Source: Candidatus Nomurabacteria bacterium
GTDB taxonomy: Bacteria; Patescibacteriota; Minisyncoccia; Phycocordibacterales; SBAW01
Assembly: GCA_020854065.1 (NCBI GenBank)
Contig: JADZGF010000005.1
Location: 8,925 to 72,924, forward strand
Direction: 5' to 3'
DNA: 64,000 bases
Shown here: one piece after another, positions 51,358 through 64,000 of the stretch
How positions within the stretch are numbered: position 1 is the first letter of the stretch
Layout of the letters: each line of letters begins with the position of its first letter
Program-made: the position numbers and the translations under genes
The notes under the pieces: generated by a model
Seen by the model: only the letters and a program-made list of their open reading frames with translations
Database searches by the model: none
What the model was told of the DNA's origin: nothing

Positions 51358-53313
51358 TTAAGCTAGCTCGAAGTCGAGCTGCCGTGCCGAGAGATCGGCG
51401 TTCACTAGTTTTATACGCACTCGATCTCCGAGTGCGTATTTCTTTTTATTCCGCTGGCCCACAAGGGCATACTCTCTCTGAACGAAGTTATAGAAATCAT
51501 TTCCAATGGTTGAGACGCGTACCAATCCTTCTGCGGCACTCTCATCTTCCTCCACATAGAGACCCCACTCAGTTACACCACTGATGGTGCCCTCAAAGGT
51601 CTGGCCAATTTTAGGCAACATATACTCCACTTGTTTGTAGCGGATACTCTCACGCTCAGCATCTACCGCTTTAGCTTCAGCGGCGCTTGCTTCAAGGCAG
51701 AGTTTTTCTAGGTTGCTAAACTCGGTGCGGGTAATCGGTTTACCATCGAGATGGCTCTCCAAGATGCGGTGTGCCAACATGTCCGGATAGCGCCGAATAG
51801 GAGAGGTGAAGTGGGTGTAGTATTCAAAACTCAAACCAAAGTGACCAATATTTTTGGTGCTGTAAATTGCTTTGGCCATGCTGCGGAGCGTTGCGGTGCG
51901 AATGAGATGTTCTTCCGGCTTACCCTCAACTTGTTTAAGGAGTTTTTGAATATCCTTGGTCGAGTACTTCTTTTGTTTCTCACGTCCGAACTCATAGCCA
52001 ATAGCGCGTACGAACGTCGCTAACTCTTCAATGCGGTCAGCTTTTGGTTCGTCGTGGATTCGGTAGAGGAAGATGAGATTTTTCTCAGGAACCTTTTCCG
52101 CCAATTTAGATACATACAAGGATACCTCACGGTTGGCCAAGAGCATGAACTCCTCAATGAGCCAGTTTGTATCGATTCGCTTTTTGCGGATAACACGAAT
52201 CGGCTTGCCTTGTGCATCAAGTTCAAATCTGACCTCGTTATCACCAAAGTCGATAGCGCCTTCTTGGCTGCGTCGGGTACGCATCTCGGTTGCAATTGAA
52301 AGGAGAGTATTAAGCTCCTTGAGATACGGTCCATCTTGCGCATCCAATACTGCCTGCGCTGCTTCATAGCTAAAGCGCTTCTTTGAGCGGATCACGGTCT
52401 TTTCAAATTTCTTCTCAAGTACGTGGCCTTTGCTGTCGAGCGTAAAGAAGGCGGAGAAGGCGAGGCGGTCCTCATCAGGTTTGAGCGATGCAACGCCTGC
52501 TGATATCTCATGCGGGAGCATGGGGATCGTTGCGTCTACGAGATAGACGCTAGTGCCTCGTCTCTTTGCTTCATCATCAATTGCAGTGCCGGGACGGCAA
52601 TAGTAGCTTGCGTCTGCAATATGCACGCCCACCTCAAAGGTGCCGTTCTCGAGCGTGCGTACGTGGAGGGCATCGTCAAAGTCTTTGGCGTCCACCGGGT
52701 CGATCGTCATTATGTCGAGATCGCGGCAGTCGCGGCGTACCTGTAACTCTTTTTGAATAGTCTCAGCGTGAGCGGCCTCTATTCTTTGTGCTTCAAGTGC
52801 TACTTCAACCGGAAATGTGGTGGAGAAGCCGTGTTCGATAACAATGGCATTCATTTCGGCGCGATGTTCTCCTGCGCGACCGATAATGCCAACGAGGCTT
52901 CCATGCGCTTCGGTGCCATCAAAGCTCTCAAGTCGTATTAGTACTTTGTCGCCTTCGTTGGCTTGCAAGTCTTCAGCGTTAAGCGGTACGTGAATCGGTG
53001 CGTAAAACTTTTGATCAGCAGGTATTGCTTTCCCGCCTTTTATAGTTGCAACGAATTCAGTCTTGGCACGTGAGATGACTTGTACAATCTTGCCCTTGGG
53101 GCGAGGGAAGAGAGCGGTGAGTTCGACTGCTACCTCGTCGCCGTTTAGGGCGCCACGGAGATCCTCTTTACGGATTTCTATATCCTCTGTATGTTCCTCC
53201 CACGGTAAAAAGCCTCGACCCGAGCGGGTGAGTTGTAGAATGCCTACTATCTTCTTTTTCGGTACGTCCCCCTTCTTTGGGAGCTCTCTAGCACGGGACA
53301 TTAGTGGCGCCAC
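51358..53313 (-). CDS. rnr: ribonuclease R / RNase II family 3'-5' exoribonuclease
   Basis: Central RNB domain motifs (DPVDAKDFDDALHV), N-terminal cold-shock/OB region and a C-terminal S1 domain (GTISGVTEWGLYVEE). Confidence 0.85.
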   Translation of the reverse strand: MAPLMSRARELPKKGDVPKKKIVGILQLTRSGRGFLPWEEHTEDIEIRKEDLRGALNGDEVAVELTALFPRPKGKIVQVISRAKTEFVATIKGGKAIPADQKFYAPIHVPLNAEDLQANEGDKVLIRLESFDGTEAHGSLVGIIGRAGEHRAEMNAIVIEHGFSTTFPVEVALEAQRIEAAHAETIQKELQVRRDCRDLDIMTIDPVDAKDFDDALHVRTLENGTFEVGVHIADASYYCRPGTAIDDEAKRRGTSVYLVDATIPMLPHEISAGVASLKPDEDRLAFSAFFTLDSKGHVLEKKFEKTVIRSKKRFSYEAAQAVLDAQDGPYLKELNTLLSIATEMRTRRSQEGAIDFGDNEVRFELDAQGKPIRVIRKKRIDTNWLIEEFMLLANREVSLYVSKLAEKVPEKNLIFLYRIHDEPKADRIEELATFVRAIGYEFGREKQKKYSTKDIQKLLKQVEGKPEEHLIRTATLRSMAKAIYSTKNIGHFGLSFEYYTHFTSPIRRYPDMLAHRILESHLDGKPITRTEFSNLEKLCLEASAAEAKAVDAERESIRYKQVEYMLPKIGQTFEGTISGVTEWGLYVEEDESAAEGLVRVSTIGNDFYNFVQREYALVGQRNKKKYALGDRVRIKLVNADLSARQLDFELA

Positions 53314-53387
53314 TATAGCACGGTTGACCCGTCCTGGCTAATCTGGTAGGGTAGAGCCAACCCCGGACGGGGTCATTTTTTCGAAAC

Positions 53388-53825
53388 ATGCTAACTATTC
53401 GTCTCACCCGCGTCGGCAAAAAGAAAGACAGCTCTTTCCGCGTGGTTGTCGTAGACAGCAAACGGAAGGTTCAGGCAGGCAACTACCTTGAGATGGTGGG
53501 GTCATATGACCCGCGCGTTGATACGGTGTCGCTTAATGCCGAGCGTATCAAGCATTGGATTTCCAATGGTGCGCAGCCTTCGGACACCGTCCACAATCTC
53601 CTCGTATCTCAAAAGGTCATTGATGGAAAGAAGAGAAACGTTCTTCCTAAGAAGACAGTCGCAAAAGTTGAGGAGCCTGCTCCTGCAGCTGAGGCAGTAG
53701 CGCCGGTTGTTGCGGAAGCAGAGGAAACTCCTGCTGAAACTCCTGTCGTTGCTGATGCCCCTGTGGCAGATGCTCCTGCAAGTGCTGACGCTGGTGCTTC
53801 GGGCGGCGATGGTGCAAGTGCATAA
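53388..53825 (+). CDS. rpsP: 30S ribosomal protein S16 with Ala/Glu-rich C-terminal extension
   Basis: MLTIRLTRVGKKK..FRVVVVDS..KRDG..LE.VG.YDP is the S16 signature. Confidence 0.85.
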   Translation: MLTIRLTRVGKKKDSSFRVVVVDSKRKVQAGNYLEMVGSYDPRVDTVSLNAERIKHWISNGAQPSDTVHNLLVSQKVIDGKKRNVLPKKTVAKVEEPAPAAEAVAPVVAEAEETPAETPVVADAPVADAPASADAGASGGDGASA

Positions 53826-53886
53826 GTGACTTCCGCAGATTTTTTTCACGGTACACTACAGGTAGTTATCAACTAAATATCCCGCT

Positions 53887-54243
53887 ATGGCAGAAAGAGA
53901 TCAGGAATTTCTAGAGTTTGTTGTTAAAGGTTTGGTTGAACATCCGGAAGATGTAAAGATTGTACGTGTAGTGGATGAGATGGGAGTCCTTTTGACCCTC
54001 GATCTTAATGCCGAGGACATGGGTAAGGTTATCGGCCGCTCAGGTAATACTGCGAAGGCCATCCGCACTCTTCTTCGCGTCGTTGGCATGAAGCACAATG
54101 CGCGCGTTAACCTCAAAATTAACGAACCTGAAGGTGGTATGCGCGGAAGTGCAAACACCGGTTGGGACGGGACGCACGAAGCACCAGCTACTCTTCAAAT
54201 GAAGTCAGTCGATGAGGCCATGGAGGACCTCTCCAAGTTTTAA
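53887..54243 (+). CDS. KH-domain RNA-binding protein (KhpA/YlqC, UPF0109 family)
   Basis: VKGLVEHPEDVKI.....VLLTLDLNAEDMGKVIGRSGNTAKAIRTLL contains the KH GxxG loop (GRSG). Canonical position after rpsP. Confidence 0.7.
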   Translation: MAERDQEFLEFVVKGLVEHPEDVKIVRVVDEMGVLLTLDLNAEDMGKVIGRSGNTAKAIRTLLRVVGMKHNARVNLKINEPEGGMRGSANTGWDGTHEAPATLQMKSVDEAMEDLSKF

Positions 54244-54254
54244 CTGAAAGAATA

Positions 54255-54288
54255 AGGCCCCCTGAAAAGGGGGCCGATTTCGTTCTTG
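54255..54288 (+). terminator. putative rho-independent terminator
   Basis: GGCCCCC-TGAAAA-GGGGGCC hairpin followed by GATTTCGTTCTT. Confidence 0.5.
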
Positions 54289-54571
54289 GGCTATTTCTTT
54301 TTCTTTTTTGCGCGAGCGTCTTTGCCGTTCGCAAGGAGCTTGAGTCCCGCGATGATCCATCGACGCCCTCGGCTACTGATCGTGGCAGCAGGGGCACGGT
54401 CACCACTAGGGACCTCGATCACGGCGTTTTTGAGAGCCGCGGCCAGAGCCAAGATATCCTCACGCTGCTTCATACGTTCCTCCTGAGCTGTTCTGGCACA
54501 GTTGTACTCATTTTTGTAATCAAACACAAGCGCAGCTTTTGTTTTTGAGGCTTTCACGCTAGTCTAACTGT

Positions 54572-55006
54572 ATGGAAAAGGGTCTTATTCGAATTTCAGT
54601 AATAGCAATTTGTCACGACGGCAAAGGTAAATATCTGTTGGGTAGACGATCAATGTCTTGTCGCGATGAGCAGGGGAAATGGGATCCAGTTGCAGGTGGT
54701 GGACTCAAATTTGGTGAGAGTATTGAGGATGCTGCTCGCCGAGAGATAAAAGAGGAAGGTTGTGCTGATGTTGAGGAACTTGAGTTCATGGGGTATCGAG
54801 ATGTTTTTCGTGAACAGGATGGCCAGCAAACACACTGGGTTGCTTTTGATTTCCGCGCTAAGATCGACCCTGCCCAGGCAAAAATAGGTGAGCCTCATAA
54901 ATGTGATGAGCAGCGCTGGGTCTCCATTGCTGAGTTAGAAGTAATGGACAACCTGCACTCTCAATTTCCAGCTTTCATCGAAAAATATCGTGAAAAATTA
55001 ATATGA
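54572..55006 (+). CDS. NUDIX hydrolase
   Basis: Nudix box GGGLKFGESIEDAARREIKEEGC. 144 aa. The stop overlaps the trmD start (ATGA). Confidence 0.7.
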   Translation: MEKGLIRISVIAICHDGKGKYLLGRRSMSCRDEQGKWDPVAGGGLKFGESIEDAARREIKEEGCADVEELEFMGYRDVFREQDGQQTHWVAFDFRAKIDPAQAKIGEPHKCDEQRWVSIAELEVMDNLHSQFPAFIEKYREKLI

Positions 55007-55650
55007 CATTTCATGTCGTCACCCTATTTCCTGAAGTTATTGAAAGCTACGCACAGGCGTCGATCGTAGGTCGTGCCCAAAAAGCAAAACTTCTGAAAGT
55101 AAAAACATATCAGTTGCGCGATACGGCAGGTAATAAATGGGGAAAAGTTGATGAGCGTCCCTATGGTGGGGGTCCCGGCATGGTGTTGCGCGCTGAGCCA
55201 GTTATCAAGGCGGTGCAGAAGATTGCGAAAGGCAAAAAGGTAAAAGTCATTATCACCTCTGCCGGGGGGAAACCCTTGACCAATGCATACGCCAAAGCGC
55301 TCACCAAACACAAAGATGTCGTTATTGTCTGCGGTCGCTACGAAGGAATCGATGCCCGGGCCAAGGCAGCATTGAAAGCCGAAGAAGTCTCCGTGGGTCC
55401 ATATATATTGACTGGAGGTGAACTTCCAGCCCTTTCTATCATCGATGCCACTGCACGACAGGTAAAAGGAGTGTTGGGGAAGTTCGAGAGTCTTGAAGAA
55501 GGTCGGGTTGCCTCCCACGACGTATACACCCGTCCCGAAGTACTCACTGTTAAAACAAAGTCATACCGCGTACCGAAGGTTCTGCTCTCTGGTCACCATG
55601 CCAAAAAGGATGAGTGGAAGGGGAAGCGCCGCAGCAATCCGGGTGCATAA
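55003..55650 (+). CDS. trmD: tRNA (guanine37-N1)-methyltransferase
   Basis: HVVTLFPE...GGGPGMV...CGRYEGID...ILTGGELPA are TrmD SPOUT motifs. Confidence 0.85.
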   Translation: MTFHVVTLFPEVIESYAQASIVGRAQKAKLLKVKTYQLRDTAGNKWGKVDERPYGGGPGMVLRAEPVIKAVQKIAKGKKVKVIITSAGGKPLTNAYAKALTKHKDVVIVCGRYEGIDARAKAALKAEEVSVGPYILTGGELPALSIIDATARQVKGVLGKFESLEEGRVASHDVYTRPEVLTVKTKSYRVPKVLLSGHHAKKDEWKGKRRSNPGA

Positions 55651-56195
55651 CCACTGTTGTCTTAACGCTCTAAATACGGTATCTTCATCGGTGGTAATTC
55701 TGACGTAGGGAGGTTACGGTATGCCCCAACAGGAGCATGGCACGCAAGGTGAAATCCCCACCGGTTGGAAGAAGGATCTCAGTCTCAAGTACATTTTTGC
55801 CCATCCCATCGTCCCCCGCGACACCCCTCCGCCTCGGCGGCCCGGCACGGTGCCGTTTATCAAGACCGAGGAGTGAACTCCTCCATGGCCGCCCTCATCA
55901 GGGCGGCCATTACTGTTCAAGGCTAAAACCCACGGGGAAGAGCAGTTTGACAACCCTCTGGGGCCGAGTATACTCACTATTGAAACCAACAGGGCTGCGA
56001 TTGTGTATCGAGGAGGGGGTTTCGATACAAATAGAGTGCTAAGGATTTTATCCTAAAGCTTCATATAAGAAGCGAGCGGGAGCGTTACGCGCGCCCGAAA
56101 TTTTCGTGTATTAGGACTGTGCATAACGTTCTTGCGTTTAAGGTCAAAAATTAGTAGCCGCAATTTATCACTAAGCCGCTTCACGAAATTGTCAT
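55651..56195. other. 545 nt GC-rich, highly structured region without a credible long ORF (candidate structured ncRNA and/or rpoBC leader)
   Basis: Multiple strong local hairpins, for example GAGGAG-TGAA-CTCCTC, GGCCGCCCT-CATCA-GGGCGGCC and GTATCGA-(10)-TCGATAC. The two ORF-track ORFs here (55714-55989 on the minus strand, 55737-56042 on the plus strand) have implausible composition. A 50-codon ORF (ATG about 55721) has an AGGGAGG SD. Confidence 0.3.
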
Positions 56196-63044
<6,849 letters not shown>

Positions 63045-63056
63045 TAGAAAAGAAAA

Positions 63057-63088
63057 AACACCGGCCCAGAAATGGGTCGGTGTTTTTG
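63057..63088. terminator. bidirectional rho-independent terminator after rpoBC
   Basis: AAAAAACACCGGCCCA-GAAA-TGGGTCGGTGTTTTTG between convergent genes. Confidence 0.7.
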
Positions 63089-63094
63089 AACAAG

Positions 63095-63427
63095 TCAGAG
63101 AGGATCAAATTTCTCAAGCCCCATGTTTTTGAGCGCGATTGATGTTGCTTTCGCGCCAAACGCTACGCGGCTTTGAAGTATGCCTTCCCGGACCGCTTTC
63201 TCGACGACGGGCCAGGGATGGTTGGTGGGGTAGAGGAGCAGTTCCTTGGTCGCATCCGCAAGCCGCTCGCGGATGACGCGATACGCTTCGCCTGGTGCCT
63301 GCGATTCTCGCAGCTTTCTGATTTCGTCGAGAGAGGAGAGTCCTCTCGTTGTGATTGGATGTCTGCGTCGAACAGGTCTCACGGTGCCCTCCTTGTGAAC
63401 GCCAATAGTATTCTCCATATAATTCAT
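63095..63427 (-). CDS. hypothetical protein
   Basis: 110 aa ORF convergent with rpoBC. No motif recognised. Confidence 0.35.
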   Translation of the reverse strand: MNYMENTIGVHKEGTVRPVRRRHPITTRGLSSLDEIRKLRESQAPGEAYRVIRERLADATKELLLYPTNHPWPVVEKAVREGILQSRVAFGAKATSIALKNMGLEKFDPL

Positions 63428-63456
63428 AATTATGTCAAGTGTTATACTATAGCTCT

Positions 63457-64000
63457 GTGGACTCAGACGTACAGAAAGTAAAGGACCGTCTTAACATCAC
63501 CGATGTAATCGGGCAGTACGTGCAATTGCGTCGTGCAGGACGCACGTATATTGGCCGTTGTCCGTTCCATAAAGAGCGGACACCATCTTTCCACGTGTCT
63601 CCTGAGCGAGGCACGTTTAAGTGTTTTGGTTGCGGGGAAGGTGGTGATGTCTTTACCTTCATAGAAAAGATCGATGGTGTCGATTTTAAAACTGCCCTTA
63701 AACAGTTGGCCGAAAAGGCAGGCGTCACACTTGATCAAAGCAGCTATGCACCGAAAGACCCGGGCGTTAAAGAATATGAGGAGCGGTTGCGCGAGGTGTG
63801 CGAATCTGCCACACAGTTTTTTGAACTTGAATTACGCCGCCGCAAAGACGTGAGCGACTATCTCCATACTCGCGGACTTCTTGAGGCAACCGCAACGCAC
63901 TGGCGATTGGGGTATGCGCCGGCGAGCTGGGATACACTCTCGCTCCATCTACAAAAGCTTGGCTACTCTGCGGAAGAAATAGTTGATGCGGGCTTTGCGG
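63457..64000 (+). CDS. dnaG: DNA primase (N-terminal zinc-binding domain; partial, continues beyond window)
   Basis: ITDVIGQYVQLRRAGRTYIGRCPFHKERTPSFHVSPERGTFKCFGCGEGGDVF is the DnaG zinc-ribbon signature (CPFH.E.TPSF...CFGCG). The start is set at GTG 63457; alternative in-frame TTG/GTG starts exist at 63430 and 63439. Confidence 0.75.
   Translation, partial: MDSDVQKVKDRLNITDVIGQYVQLRRAGRTYIGRCPFHKERTPSFHVSPERGTFKCFGCGEGGDVFTFIEKIDGVDFKTALKQLAEKAGVTLDQSSYAPKDPGVKEYEERLREVCESATQFFELELRRRKDVSDYLHTRGLLEATATHWRLGYAPASWDTLSLHLQKLGYSAEEIVDAGFA

Noticed and set aside
53314-53387. Sigma70-like promoter (TTGACC-17-TAGGGT) and a short CCCC-GGAC-GGGG hairpin with T-run upstream of rpsP
   Set aside because: The -10 is a poor match and the hairpin is only 4 bp. 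It is plausible as a divergent rnr/rpsP promoter region, but too weak to call from sequence alone.
55880-55960. Hammerhead-ribozyme-like CUGAUGA element on the minus strand within the structured region
   Set aside because: CUGAUGA sits in the loop of the GGCCGCCC/GGGCGGCC hairpin rather than between stems I and II. No GAAA core plus stem III/cleavage-site arrangement follows. A 7-mer match alone is expected by chance.

Overview
This 64 kb window reads as a compact bacterial chromosome segment on the standard genetic code (TGA acts as a stop; long conserved genes are uninterrupted). Genes are densely packed and mostly co-directional, with many translationally coupled (ATGA) junctions. The gene content fits a small-genome monoderm bacterium, possibly of the Patescibacteria/CPR type. 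The evidence is a split transketolase, a type IV pilin, a sortase, truncated aminoacyl-tRNA synthetases, a short EF-Ts, a short hingeless SMC and a short DnaE. This taxonomic placement is an inference, not a measurement. Layout of the window: (1) 0.5-10.8 kb: an accessory-looking glycan-modification island with RCC1 beta-propellers, three GT9-like glycosyltransferase paralogs (two as fusions, one to a sulfotransferase), GT2/GT-A transferases and three SAM methyltransferases. (2) 10.9-14.9 kb and 22.3-24.6 kb: two paralogous giant surface proteins sharing a Cys-rich roughly 40 aa repeat module. (3) 14.9-21.9 kb: a glycolysis and pentose-phosphate cluster (gap, rpiB, rpe-like, split tkt interrupted by a pilin gene, pfkB-family kinase, class II fba). 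(4) 24.6-36.5 kb: housekeeping genes (rplY, rpmE, prfA, capA-like, rpsB, tsf, tRNA-Thr, a processive GT2, a mitochondrial-type monomeric PheRS, gyrB). (5) 36.7-41.2 kb: a cell-surface locus with a CARDB protein, a sortase, a lipoprotein, and Cys-rich and Tyr/Ser-rich low-complexity secreted proteins. (6) 41.3-64 kb: thrS (editing-domain-less) behind a promoter-leader-terminator module, dnaE, rnhB, rpmF, a NusB-NUDIX fusion, rnc, short SMC, rnr, rpsP-KH-NUDIX-trmD, a 545 nt structured non-coding region, a fused rpoB-rpoC gene of 2282 aa, and the start of dnaG. No CRISPR array, transposase or integrase was recognised.
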